From positions 72,792 through 136,791 of the forward strand of contig JAFSTN010000044.1 in the NCBI GenBank assembly GCA_017450485.1: a stretch of 64,000 bases of DNA, written 5' to 3'. The position numbers and the translations under genes were made by a program. The DNA comes from Lachnospiraceae bacterium (GTDB lineage Bacteria; Bacillota; Clostridia; Lachnospirales; Lachnospiraceae). Below, in pieces: positions 1 through 9,235 of this stretch. Position 1 is the first letter of the stretch. Each line of letters opens with the position of its first letter. Below the pieces are notes generated by a model. That model had not been told where the DNA came from, searched no databases, and saw nothing but the letters and a program-made list of their open reading frames with translations.

Positions 1-237
1 GCCGAAAAAGATGATAAAAAGCTGAACTATCAGAGGCGTACCGCGGAAGATCCATATGTATATAAATGCAATGGTCTTAAGTACCGGGATCTTCGCAACC
101 AGAACAAGCGCAAGAAGAAGTCCCAGCACCAGACTCACCGCAAAAGAGAGTACCGTAAGCGGTATGGTGACTTTGATGCCGGGTATGAGTATCTTGGTAA
201 AGGATGTCAACAGGATATCAACAAGTCGGTCACTCAT
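1..237 (-). CDS. Polar amino-acid ABC transporter permease, N-terminal 79 codons (gene runs off the left edge)
   Basis: Not in the ORF track because it is truncated. Manual minus-strand translation from ATG 237-235 gives MSDRLVDILLTSFTKILIPGIKVTIPLTVLSFAVSLVLGLLLALVLVAKIPVLKTIAFIYIWIFRGTPLIVQLFIIFFG, open to position 1. The WIFRGTPLxVQLF motif and TM pattern are typical of HisM/GlnP-type permeases. It starts 17 nt after the stop of the binding-protein gene. Confidence 0.8.
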   Translation of the reverse strand, partial: MSDRLVDILLTSFTKILIPGIKVTIPLTVLSFAVSLVLGLLLALVLVAKIPVLKTIAFIYIWIFRGTPLIVQLFIIFFG

Positions 238-254
238 CTGTCTTTACCTGTTTT

Positions 255-1067
255 CTAGTTGTGCGATATGTCTGTCCCGAAATACTTCTGAGAAAGTTCC
301 GTGAGCTTGCCTTCATTAGCCAGTTCCAGGATAGCCTGATCAATAGCCGCACGAAGTGTATCGTTATCCTCGCCCTTAACCAGAGGGATGGATACTTCGG
401 ATGCGTCATCTGTGAGTGCCACGATCTTGAACTGTGCGTCAGGATGCTCTGTCAGGTAATCATAGAAAGAGAGCTCGGCATTGAGTGTGGCATCAGCCCT
501 GCCCGATATGACCATGTCGATGGTCTCAGACAGAGTATCCACATTTCGTACGGATGCTCCGTACTTCTCTGCGAGATCTGCATATGTTGAACCCAGCGAA
601 TTACTGGTTACTTTTCCGTCCAAGTCTTCGAATGTCGTGATGTCGGAGTTTGAATCCGATACCACCAATGCTGTCTTGATATATCCGTAAGGCGCGGAGA
701 AATCGTACTTCTCCATTCTCTCGGGGGTGATCTCCACTCCGTTGATGATGCAGTCGTAACGTCCGCCATCGAGTCCGGTGAAGAGTCCGTCCCATTCGCC
801 TTCCACAAACTCAGCCTGTACACCGAGTTTTTCTGCTATAGCTTTACCTACTTCGGTATCATATCCAACGAGTTCTCCCGACTCATCATGATATGTCCAG
901 GGGGACCACTGCCCCTCCATTGCGATGATCAGCTTACCGCCTGCCTTTACACGGGCGAGATGATCCATATCTCCTTGGTCAGCTGCGGATGAGCCGCATC
1001 CTGTCAGCATGATCACGCTGTTGGCGAGTGTGAACGCCATGAGTAAACCCATAAATCTTTTTTTCAT
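255..1067 (-). CDS. Amino-acid ABC transporter substrate-binding lipoprotein (family 3 solute-binding protein)
   Basis: 270-aa ORF with a signal peptide and lipobox (LTGC). The mature part resembles polar amino-acid binding proteins (KLIIAMEGQWSPWTY, GYDTEVGKAIAEKLG). SD AAGGAGG lies 7 nt upstream of the ATG. A permease gene follows directly. Confidence 0.85.
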   Translation of the reverse strand: MKKRFMGLLMAFTLANSVIMLTGCGSSAADQGDMDHLARVKAGGKLIIAMEGQWSPWTYHDESGELVGYDTEVGKAIAEKLGVQAEFVEGEWDGLFTGLDGGRYDCIINGVEITPERMEKYDFSAPYGYIKTALVVSDSNSDITTFEDLDGKVTSNSLGSTYADLAEKYGASVRNVDTLSETIDMVISGRADATLNAELSFYDYLTEHPDAQFKIVALTDDASEVSIPLVKGEDNDTLRAAIDQAILELANEGKLTELSQKYFGTDISHN

Positions 1068-1088
1068 GTTCTTTCCTCCTTAAGATAC

Positions 1089-1162
1089 GGATTCAATCAT
1101 ATACGATCACCCTTGCTGCGACCCGACAGTACTCGCTGCGGGTGACGTATATGCTTGAATCC
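1089..1162 (-). repeat. Hairpin repeat copy 1 (invariant 33-nt tip CCCTTGCTGCGACCCGACAGTACTCGCTGCGGG on a ~20-bp copy-specific stem)
   Basis: The 5' flank GGATTCAATCATATACGATCAC pairs with the 3' flank GTGACGTATATGCTTGAATCC (one mismatch, one bulged A). The core is identical to copies at 12445, 28090 and 35044. It lies 7 nt after the CaCA stop and 21 nt before the binding-protein start. Confidence 0.9.
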
Positions 1163-1169
1163 TTAATTC

Positions 1170-2258
1170 TTACACAAACTGAAATACAACGTAAGCCGCG
1201 TAGATTGCGAGCAGGGTCACACCCTGCGCACGATATATACGCCCCTTGATAAGGGCGGGCAGACACATGATGAGCATCACGGCTACCATCACGGGAATGT
1301 CCACTACAAGCGAAGCATTGACTCCCGCTATCGTCTTTTCAACCGGAATATGGAAAGGAGCCAGCGTCACGGCCAGACCGCTCACCAGCACCAGGTTAAA
1401 GAGGTTTGCTCCGATGACGTTGCCGAGGCTTAGGTCACTGTGCCCCTTAATAAGGGCCGTAATGGCGGTTACCAGTTCGGGAAGCGATGTTCCCAGTGCA
1501 ACGAAGGTCAGTGCGATGACAGACTGGGGGATACCTGCTGCCTCTGCGATCAGAGTACCGTTATCGACGAGCAGGTGCGCACCTACGGCGATCACGGCTG
1601 CTCCTAGGATCAGACGGCCGATGTTCAGTGCGAGTTCTTTTGTTTCATTCTGCTGAGGGCGCAACACATTTTCCACATAATCATCGGTCATGCGGGTGTC
1701 GTCAGGATTCACGGGTGTCTCGGTAAGACCTATGGCGTCGGCGCTCTCCTCCGTGCCGTCGATCCGGACTGACCTGTCATTCCCGTTTTTGGCTGCAAGA
1801 GCCTGCTTCACGCACAGGATCATATATGCAGCGAAGATCGCAAGCAGGATGACGCCCACGGTCCTGGAGAAAAACCCGGTCGCGTATGCCACACCGATAT
1901 ACAGCGCCGCTGCTCCGAAGAAAAATGCTATGGGCAGCTTCAGCGACTGCTTCTCAACCGCTGCCGGTCTGAATGTCATCGTAACGGCGGCAATAAGTGC
2001 TGTATTACATATGATCGATCCGATCGCGTTGCCGTATGCCATATCGCTCGCTCCGGCCGTCAGTGCCGCTGTCGATGAGACCATTACTTCGGGGATGGTG
2101 GTTCCGATGGATACTACCGTCGCTCCGATCAGGATCTCCGGCATATTGAATCTGTGTGCTATGCCGCAGGCCCCGTCAACGAACCAGTCTCCGCCTTTTA
2201 CCAGACAGAGCAGTCCCACTACAAATAGAAAAACTTCAATAATTATTGGTGATATCAT
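1170..2258 (-). CDS. CaCA-family cation/Ca2+ exchanger (YrbG-like Na+/Ca2+ antiporter)
   Basis: 362 aa and about 10 TM segments. Two alpha-repeat signatures are present (GTTIPE and GTSLPE, each followed by GNxIGS/GNVIGAN), separated by a hydrophilic loop. Confidence 0.85.
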   Translation of the reverse strand: MISPIIIEVFLFVVGLLCLVKGGDWFVDGACGIAHRFNMPEILIGATVVSIGTTIPEVMVSSTAALTAGASDMAYGNAIGSIICNTALIAAVTMTFRPAAVEKQSLKLPIAFFFGAAALYIGVAYATGFFSRTVGVILLAIFAAYMILCVKQALAAKNGNDRSVRIDGTEESADAIGLTETPVNPDDTRMTDDYVENVLRPQQNETKELALNIGRLILGAAVIAVGAHLLVDNGTLIAEAAGIPQSVIALTFVALGTSLPELVTAITALIKGHSDLSLGNVIGANLFNLVLVSGLAVTLAPFHIPVEKTIAGVNASLVVDIPVMVAVMLIMCLPALIKGRIYRAQGVTLLAIYAAYVVFQFV

Positions 2259-2283
2259 ATGTCTGTGCCGATCCTTTCCTGTC

Positions 2284-3390
2284 TTATAACACGCCCTTAC
2301 GCTCTATTTCCTGTATGATGATCCCCGCAACTTCGGTATGATTCTTCGCTCCGGGATGCGCATGTGCCCCCTGCTCGGATTCGGGACACTCGGGCAGAGC
2401 CTGGTACCACACGCGCGCGTCCCCGGTTTCAGCCTTATAGCGCTCGATGGTTTCCATGATATAGGGCTCCATCAGAGGTCCGCACATTCCATATACCCAC
2501 AGGATATATGAGGCCGGGTTGCACCTTCTGATCAGTTTCAGGAAGTCAAAGACTGCATTCTCAAATCTCGATCTCGAGCTCTGATCCCACTCTCTGCCCT
2601 GAACGGGCATCTGCTTATGAGCGATCCCCGTCTCCGCATCTATCCACTCGGGCGCCTCGGTCGCACCACCGTCATTCGTACCGAGATTGACTATGATCAG
2701 ATCGGGCTGCCATGATGAGAAATCCCACTCTTCCTGTGCGCCAAGCGTACCGTTCTCGGGATCGATGAGAACACCGCACACCTGAGTGTAGTACCGGGGA
2801 ATATTATGTCTGATATCATTATCCCATCCGCAATATACACCCCATCCACTCTGGGAAACAATCGAATACTCGGCATCGAAATGCTCTGCTATCTGCAATG
2901 CATAGTGTCCGTTCAGTCCGAATATGCCCGGACACCATTCCTTAATATTGGAGGTTCCGGTCAGGCCTTCACCGCTGGTGAGCGAATCGCCGATGAACTC
3001 GATCCTGCATGACTTCGGAGTAATGGGCTGAAGTACACGATCTGTACTGATGCGGTGTATCAGCAGACGTCTTGATGTATCATCGGCCATAGGCTGTGCC
3101 TCGATGATCAGTCGCACCGTCTTAAGCTCATCGGCAGGAAATCCGCGGAACATACATATCTCATTCCGCCCTTTCGAAACCATGAATCTCTGCACACAGA
3201 ATCCGTCGATTTCCACTCGCAGGTACATTTCCATTGATGTATAGTGACATTCGATATCGGCATAAGCCTCAGTAGAATCGGTATCGAACTCAATACCGCT
3301 CGCAGTCCAGAACAGAGCCAGAGGATTCTGTCTCAGTGTCCTTCCGTATACGCGTATATGGTCCGAATCCGTCGGAAAATAGTCATACAT
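2284..3390 (-). CDS. SGNH/GDSL hydrolase, CE2-like carbohydrate (acetyl-xylan type) esterase
   Basis: 368 aa. An N-terminal ~130-aa beta-rich domain is followed by SGNH blocks FIGDSLTSGEG (block I) and VNLGTNDG (block III). No signal peptide is seen. Confidence 0.7.
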   Translation of the reverse strand: MYDYFPTDSDHIRVYGRTLRQNPLALFWTASGIEFDTDSTEAYADIECHYTSMEMYLRVEIDGFCVQRFMVSKGRNEICMFRGFPADELKTVRLIIEAQPMADDTSRRLLIHRISTDRVLQPITPKSCRIEFIGDSLTSGEGLTGTSNIKEWCPGIFGLNGHYALQIAEHFDAEYSIVSQSGWGVYCGWDNDIRHNIPRYYTQVCGVLIDPENGTLGAQEEWDFSSWQPDLIIVNLGTNDGGATEAPEWIDAETGIAHKQMPVQGREWDQSSRSRFENAVFDFLKLIRRCNPASYILWVYGMCGPLMEPYIMETIERYKAETGDARVWYQALPECPESEQGAHAHPGAKNHTEVAGIIIQEIERKGVL

Positions 3391-3430
3391 TCCGGTATCT
3401 CCTTAAGTAAAATAAAAATGAAAAGACAAA

Positions 3431-4432
3431 TCAGCCGCCCAGTGTTGCTTTCATCACGGCCTTGATCGTATGCATGCGGTTCTCGGCTTCGTCAAACACC
3501 ACCGATCTCGGACCCTCGAATACCTCATTGGTCACCTCAAGCTCGGAAAGGCCGAATTTCTCATAAACCTGACGTCCGACAGCTGTGTTCAGATCATGGA
3601 AAGCGGGCAGGCAGTGCATGAATATCGCACGCTCGGAAGCATTATCGAAACAGCTCTGTCTGACCTGATAAGGTTTAAGCTCTTTGATCCTTTCGGCCCA
3701 GGCTTCCTCAGGCTCTCCCATCGATACCCACACATCCGTATAGATGACATCGGCGCCGCGGCATGCGGACTCCACATCATCCGTCAGAGTGATGGTCGCA
3801 CCTGTCTTCGCCGCCACCTCACGCGCATAGCTGACCAGCTTCTCGTCAGGATAGTACTTGGGAGAAGTGCAGGCCACGAAGTCAAATCCAAGCTTTGCTC
3901 CTGTGATCATCAGTGAATTCCCCATATTATAGCGGGCATCGCCCATGTATACGAAACGAATGTTATCCAGGTTCCCGAGATGCTCACGCATAGTCAGCAG
4001 GTCAGCCAGCATCTGCGTCGGATGAAACTCATTCGTCAGGCCGTTCCAAACAGGAACTCCGGCATATTTCGCAAGCTCCTCGACGATCTCCTGACCGTAT
4101 CCTCTGTACTCTATACCGTCGTACATACGGCCGAGCACTCTCGCCGAGTCGGCGATCGACTCCTTACGCCCGATCTGAGAGCATGCGGGGTCAAGGTAAG
4201 TCACGTTCATACCGAGATCGTATCCGGCCACTTCAAAGGAACAGCGGGTTCTGGTGCTGGTCTTCTCAAATATCAGAGCAATGTTTTTGCCGCGCAGAGT
4301 ATCGTGTGCGATCCCACGCTTTTTCTGGTCTTTGAGCTCGGCAGCCAGATCCACGAGATACAGGATCTCCTCCGGTTCATAATCCATCAGTTTCAGGAAG
4401 TTTCTGCCTTTTAACGAGATGTCCTTATTCAT
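3431..4432 (-). CDS. argF: Ornithine carbamoyltransferase
   Basis: Carries the motifs STRTR, HPTQ and HCLPA plus DVWVSMG. The ORF-track start at 4444 is GTG. The ATG at 4432 ([13 protein letters not shown]) has GGAG just upstream and gives a typical 333-aa OTCase. Confidence 0.95.
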   Translation of the reverse strand: MNKDISLKGRNFLKLMDYEPEEILYLVDLAAELKDQKKRGIAHDTLRGKNIALIFEKTSTRTRCSFEVAGYDLGMNVTYLDPACSQIGRKESIADSARVLGRMYDGIEYRGYGQEIVEELAKYAGVPVWNGLTNEFHPTQMLADLLTMREHLGNLDNIRFVYMGDARYNMGNSLMITGAKLGFDFVACTSPKYYPDEKLVSYAREVAAKTGATITLTDDVESACRGADVIYTDVWVSMGEPEEAWAERIKELKPYQVRQSCFDNASERAIFMHCLPAFHDLNTAVGRQVYEKFGLSELEVTNEVFEGPRSVVFDEAENRMHTIKAVMKATLGG

Positions 4433-4440
4433 GTCACTCC

Positions 4441-4950
4441 TCACTTCTTTCTCTTATTGTCAACAAAAACGGATGTTACGGAACCTGTAACATTCATGGT
4501 ATTGTGGTATTTCTGTGCCGCAGTCCCGGGTGAAACATGAGCAGGTCCGGCAGAGGGTCTGCAGTTCGCCGCCAGCCTGTCCAGACGTGCCTGAAGACGT
4601 CTCTCCGCAGCTTCGATCAATATGGACTTCTCGGAGATCTCACCGATCAGCTCCTGCATCCTGCGTATATGATCGGCATAACGCTTCGGATCCTTGCTGA
4701 TCACGGGAAAGACCCTGTCATGCAGCGCCGCGAATCCGTCATCGAGTTTGTTCAGATTCTCGATCAGGCTGCCCTTCATCTCCGTGACTTCGTTATACGT
4801 ATCCACATCCAGCTTCTCGCCGCATATGGCCTCCTCCTGTTTGCCGCACATTTCGGAGAGTGCGTCGAGGGCTTTATTCTTTTTTGCCAGAGAATCCTCC
4901 AGGATCGTCAGATACCGGTTCAGACTGACTTCATCGAATTCTTTTTCCAT
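4441..4950 (-). CDS. Hypothetical coiled-coil protein, FlgN-like (possible second flagellar export chaperone)
   Basis: Helical, heptad-rich sequence ([22 protein letters not shown]...) with a layout similar to the FlgN at 11033-11551. It is the last gene after csrA in the flagellar operon. The start is chosen at ATG 4950 (MEKEFDE) because the upstream GTG extension covers a stem-loop at 4973-4989; the start remains uncertain and no clear SD is present. Confidence 0.35.
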   Translation of the reverse strand: MEKEFDEVSLNRYLTILEDSLAKKNKALDALSEMCGKQEEAICGEKLDVDTYNEVTEMKGSLIENLNKLDDGFAALHDRVFPVISKDPKRYADHIRRMQELIGEISEKSILIEAAERRLQARLDRLAANCRPSAGPAHVSPGTAAQKYHNTMNVTGSVTSVFVDNKRKK

Positions 4951-5052
4951 AAAAAATAAGTAATACAACAGAGCACCGAAACACGGTGCCCTGTCTTGCA
5001 CAATCTTACAATATTGGTTATAAACTGTTCATCGGTAACCCGGGATCCGGTC

Positions 5053-5274
5053 TCAGAAGCCCAGACTCTTGAGAGCATCAACTGCATTCTCAACGTCTGC
5101 GGACTCCTTATTTGCTTCCTGGATCTGCAGATATACTTCTTTACGGTATACCGGTATCTCGCGGGGAGCTTCGATACCTACCTTTACCTGATCACCCTTG
5201 ACTTCAAGGATCGTTATTTCCACGTTGTTGTTGATGATCAGCGCTTCGTTCTTTTTACGTGATAATGCGAGCAT
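5053..5274 (-). CDS. csrA: Carbon storage regulator CsrA (flagellar FliW-partner type)
   Basis: MLALSRKKNEALIINNNVEITILEVKGDQVKVGIEAPREIPVYRKEVY matches the CsrA fold signature. Start taken at ATG 5274; the track start at 5283 is GTG. It lies directly downstream of fliW. Confidence 0.95.
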   Translation of the reverse strand: MLALSRKKNEALIINNNVEITILEVKGDQVKVGIEAPREIPVYRKEVYLQIQEANKESADVENAVDALKSLGF

Positions 5275-5279
5275 TCCGA

Positions 5280-5741
5280 TCACCCCTCTTTCTGCTTCTT
5301 GGCTTCGGCGAGCTTGTCATAGATAGGATATTTAACCTTATACTCGTCGCTGTCTATTATTATCTGGCAGCCCTTGCATGTAGCCGAATTGATGATGACG
5401 GGGCCTCTCAGATTGACGGTCATCTTCTCTATCTCGTGAGGAATGGTCATGGTCACCAGCACTACCATATCATCATCGTTCATCTCGCCCAGTGGCTTGA
5501 GAAGTTCATCATCGACCGAAGGGTTATAGTCATCCTTGACGATCAAGGGACTGATGACCGGCATAGCAAAACCGGGTTCTTCAACGGACTGCAGCCACTT
5601 GACCGTATTGCTGCCCTGATCCTCATCATACAGAAGTACGAAATGCTGTAAATCGGGGAAACCTATGATTCCGCCGGGGAAATTGATAACTTTGGACTCA
5701 TCAATCTCGATCTCGCCAAAAGCTCGTGTTAACATTTGCAT
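5280..5741 (-). CDS. fliW: Flagellar assembly factor FliW
   Basis: 153 aa. The N-terminus TRAFGEIEIDESKVINFPGGIIGFPDLQHFVLL is typical of FliW, and the fliW-csrA gene pair is conserved. Confidence 0.9.
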   Translation of the reverse strand: MQMLTRAFGEIEIDESKVINFPGGIIGFPDLQHFVLLYDEDQGSNTVKWLQSVEEPGFAMPVISPLIVKDDYNPSVDDELLKPLGEMNDDDMVVLVTMTIPHEIEKMTVNLRGPVIINSATCKGCQIIIDSDEYKVKYPIYDKLAEAKKQKEG

Positions 5742-5784
5742 AGCTGTACCCTCCCAAAAGATTTATATATAAAAATATACAATT

Positions 5785-7317
5785 TTAGATGTAATTTATC
5801 AAGCTGTTCTGCATGATCTTGCCCGTAGCCATAAGGGCTGCATCGTAGGTAGTCTCGGCTGCTGTCAGCAGTACGGCAACTTCCGTCATATCGATGCCTT
5901 CGTTCTCCTCCTGGAGCTCCTTGAATGTGGACTGCTGCTCCTCGAGTCTGGCTTCGATGAGCTCGAGACGGGTGGATCTGGTACCGTTCTTGGTAATGGC
6001 TACGTTTGTGCTGTCCAGATAACTCTGATATCTGGTGATCTGATCGCCGAAACGCTTGCTGACCGCATCGCGGATGTAGGTGTATGCCTTTTCGGCTGCA
6101 TCCAGTCTCTTCCTGCAATCCTTATATTCGGCCGTGCCCTCTACATAACCGTCGAGCTCTGCACCCAGATCCTTGCGTATATTCTCGATCTCGGTGAACT
6201 GGTTGACTATATCGCGGAGGTCATCCAGGTCTCTCGCAACAGCGGGGTCAAAGACCTCGTATGCGTTGGTGTTAACCTGGATTGTCTGATTGTAGCCGAC
6301 GTCATATACAATCTGGGTTGCCACGTTGCCGCCTTCGTTGTAGCGGATGCCGGTATCTTTATCCGTGCAGTCGAAGAAGTGCTGGGGATTTAAGTCATCC
6401 ACTTCCCACTGGTTCTTGTCATATGTAACGGAGATGCTGCCGCCGTCGGTGAAGACGGTGCTGAGTTTGTCGGCCAGATCGGAAGTAAAAAGCAATTCAC
6501 CTGTTGCAGGCACATAGCAGGCTGTCGGAGTAACAGGATCGGAACTCTCGGCAACCGTCATAGCCTTATATGCCTGCTCCGCTGAGGCATATTCGTTAAC
6601 AGTCACACCTGCCAGAGGAGAAGGGGTGATCGGATTTCCGGCTTTATCCTTGAATTCGAAAACGGGATCCACTCCGCTCAGCGTATTATTGTACGACAGC
6701 CTGATCCTGTGGATCTCTGCATTGGTAATATCCAGTTCATCGGCGTTTGCAGCCGAAGCCTTCGTGTCGAATACACTGTAATCGGTATAGCTGAAGCTGT
6801 CGAGCTGGGCTTCCTTCAGATTCTCAGTGATCGTATAATCCGGTGTCTTATTGGCTTTATCGATCTGTTCCTTCTGGAACGTCAGCGGAGTATCCGTCCT
6901 GTATCCGGTGAAAATATATCTGCCGGCATAGTCCTGATTACCGGTGGCATATACTTCATTGGTATATGAATCGATCTGGGAAAGGAGCACCTGCATGTCG
7001 GATGCGGTATAGTCCTTGTTAACGCCGGTCTCGACCTGATCATAGAGGGAAGTGTAGACCTTAGTGATGGTATCTAAGGACTTGGCAGTCACGTCCAGCC
7101 ACTGACTGGCATCGGGTGCGTTTTTCTTATAATACTGTGTCGCAGTGGAAACATTGGTTCTGAGTCTGAGTGCACGGATAGCTACCACGGGATCATCGGA
7201 GGGTCTCGTGATCTTGGACTGGCTGGTCAGCTGTGTATTGTATTTATCCTCTGCTATCTTGGTCTGATTGATGTTATACAGCGAATTGTGCTGCATGATC
7301 TTATTCGTCATTCTCAT
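5785..7317 (-). CDS. flgL: Flagellar hook-associated protein 3 (FlgL), long form
   Basis: Flagellin-type N-terminus (MRMTNKIMQHNSLYNINQ...RPSDDPVVAIRAL) and C-terminal helix (TYDAALMATGKIMQNSLINYI). Its position after flgK matches the canonical order. Confidence 0.85.
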   Translation of the reverse strand: MRMTNKIMQHNSLYNINQTKIAEDKYNTQLTSQSKITRPSDDPVVAIRALRLRTNVSTATQYYKKNAPDASQWLDVTAKSLDTITKVYTSLYDQVETGVNKDYTASDMQVLLSQIDSYTNEVYATGNQDYAGRYIFTGYRTDTPLTFQKEQIDKANKTPDYTITENLKEAQLDSFSYTDYSVFDTKASAANADELDITNAEIHRIRLSYNNTLSGVDPVFEFKDKAGNPITPSPLAGVTVNEYASAEQAYKAMTVAESSDPVTPTACYVPATGELLFTSDLADKLSTVFTDGGSISVTYDKNQWEVDDLNPQHFFDCTDKDTGIRYNEGGNVATQIVYDVGYNQTIQVNTNAYEVFDPAVARDLDDLRDIVNQFTEIENIRKDLGAELDGYVEGTAEYKDCRKRLDAAEKAYTYIRDAVSKRFGDQITRYQSYLDSTNVAITKNGTRSTRLELIEARLEEQQSTFKELQEENEGIDMTEVAVLLTAAETTYDAALMATGKIMQNSLINYI

Positions 7318-7330
7318 AATTTATACCTCA

Positions 7331-9187
7331 TCACACGCCGGTCTGAAGAATCAGCCTGTCATATATCTCCTGGAAGGTCTGGATCATCTTGGAAGAAAGC
7401 GTATATGCATTCTCGTATTTGACCAGATTCACCGCTTCTTCATCGCTGTCCACGCCCGAGATCGATGTACGCTGATTGCCGAGTACCGACTGCAGGCTGA
7501 CAAATGTTGCTGAGAAGGTTCTTGCATTGCCGGTGTTCAGTGCCACATCCGAAAGTACCGACTCAAGGAATCCGCTGGCATTGTAGCCTCTGAAGCTCAG
7601 CTGGGTCTTGTCGCCCAATACTTCTATGGCTTTCTTGATGTTATCGCACTCTTCGACACCGTTGGAGCTGTCCTTACGTGAACCGAGCAGGTCGGGATTC
7701 TCATTTACTTCGCTCTCTACGGTACAGTTGAGGGCTGTTATCTGATAATACTTTCTGGCATCGACGCTGCCATTCAGTTCATCCTCGGAATACTCACCTC
7801 TGTCGGTGGTCTTGTTTCCGGTGATCAGGATCCCCGCATCTTCATTTGTGGTGGTATAGCCTGTGGTGAAAATATTGTTCATCGCACGGCTGAAGTTGCG
7901 GATCCACTCGTTCATCTGGCTCATATAGTAGGGAATGCCCTGATATTCCGAGTAGCTTCCCATCTGAGACAGCTTGCCGATCTTCTCGCTCGTTACCATC
8001 TGGTCGCATTTTTCATCGTCCATGGTAAAGATGTATGAAGCGATGGTATCGGTATCATCTCCGTTTGAATCCTTAACATAGCTGACTGTCCAGTCCTTGT
8101 AGTAATACTCCTGATTACCGAGAATGATGCGACCGCCGCTGTTTGAAATATTGCATTTATCTATGGAGCTCAGCATATCGCTTCCGGGAGCGATCTTAAC
8201 TATATGATTATCGCCTTCGTATTCAACCGTGGTAACCGTTCCCGTGAAATAATTGCCGTTGTTTCCGTCTCTTAAGTCCGCGAGGCCCTTGATGGATCCG
8301 CCCATTGCGGCATTATCCAGGTTAAACTTCGTACCGTCACTCCAATATACGTCATAGAGGCCGTCGGCATCGGTCTGGTAAACCTTTTCATAAGAAGCTC
8401 TGGCTACCACTTCCAGGGATTTGAAATCGTTCTGATCTACGATAGTCTGTCCTCCGGCGATCTTTATCAGGCATCTGGTCGCTCCGGTCTCTTCGTTATT
8501 CGCATTATATATGGGTGTTTCCTTAACCTGTACATCCACATATTTGGAAAGCTCGTCTACCAGGAGATCTCTCTTGTCTCTAAGCTCATTTGCCGTAGTG
8601 CCGGTCAGCTCGATGACATTGATCTGCTTATTGATGGTAGCAAGCTCCTCCGCGATGGAGTTTACCTGGCTGATCTGTATCTTCAATTCGTCATTTATAT
8701 CCTTCTGCAGGTCCTGCAGATCACCGGACATATTATTGAAGTAATCGGTCATGGTCTTGGCCTGAGCCAGGAACGTAGCCTTGGTAGATGTGGAGCTGGC
8801 GTTCTTGGTGACCTCCTCCAGCGTATCTATCAATTTATTAAATATAGATTTAAATCCTGTCTTGCCATCATCCTTGAAATAGGACTCCATGACAGTCATA
8901 TAATACTCTTTACGTTCGAACTCACCGAGACGTGTTTCGTTATCTCTGTACTTCTCATCATAGAAGACATCGCGTACACGCTCGATAGCCAGTGTGTCGA
9001 CACCTGCACCCGCACAACCGTATGTTGCGAACACCCGCATAGGATCGGTAGCAGCTGTTATTACTTTCTGACGGGAGTAGCCGTCAGTCTCAACGTTTGC
9101 CACATTATTGGCAGTGGTATTAAGCGCTGCGTTGCTGGCCTTAAGTCCCGAATATGCTATTTGTAATCCGAAAAATGTTGAAGGCAT
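7331..9187 (-). CDS. flgK: Flagellar hook-associated protein 1 (FlgK)
   Basis: The N-terminus STFFGLQIAYSGLKASNAALNTTANNVANVETDGYSRQ and the C-terminus ISGVDSDEEAVNLVKYENAYTLSSKMIQTF are canonical FlgK rod/hook-type terminal segments. Confidence 0.9.
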   Translation of the reverse strand: MPSTFFGLQIAYSGLKASNAALNTTANNVANVETDGYSRQKVITAATDPMRVFATYGCAGAGVDTLAIERVRDVFYDEKYRDNETRLGEFERKEYYMTVMESYFKDDGKTGFKSIFNKLIDTLEEVTKNASSTSTKATFLAQAKTMTDYFNNMSGDLQDLQKDINDELKIQISQVNSIAEELATINKQINVIELTGTTANELRDKRDLLVDELSKYVDVQVKETPIYNANNEETGATRCLIKIAGGQTIVDQNDFKSLEVVARASYEKVYQTDADGLYDVYWSDGTKFNLDNAAMGGSIKGLADLRDGNNGNYFTGTVTTVEYEGDNHIVKIAPGSDMLSSIDKCNISNSGGRIILGNQEYYYKDWTVSYVKDSNGDDTDTIASYIFTMDDEKCDQMVTSEKIGKLSQMGSYSEYQGIPYYMSQMNEWIRNFSRAMNNIFTTGYTTTNEDAGILITGNKTTDRGEYSEDELNGSVDARKYYQITALNCTVESEVNENPDLLGSRKDSSNGVEECDNIKKAIEVLGDKTQLSFRGYNASGFLESVLSDVALNTGNARTFSATFVSLQSVLGNQRTSISGVDSDEEAVNLVKYENAYTLSSKMIQTFQEIYDRLILQTGV

Positions 9188-9235
9188 CAGGTTTCTCCTT
9201 TCTTACGGAATCATTAAATGCGAGTACGCTGCCGG

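Noticed and set aside
56-304. 82-aa plus-strand ORF at the left edge
   Set aside because: It overlaps the minus-strand permease N-terminus (clear WIFRGTPL motif) and the end of the binding-protein gene. It has no RBS.
4991-5052. Possible second sigma-28 promoter between csrA and the FlgN-like ORF (ACCGATGA on the minus strand)
   Set aside because: No TAAA -35 element lies at the required 15-16 nt spacing. The match to the -10 alone is too weak.
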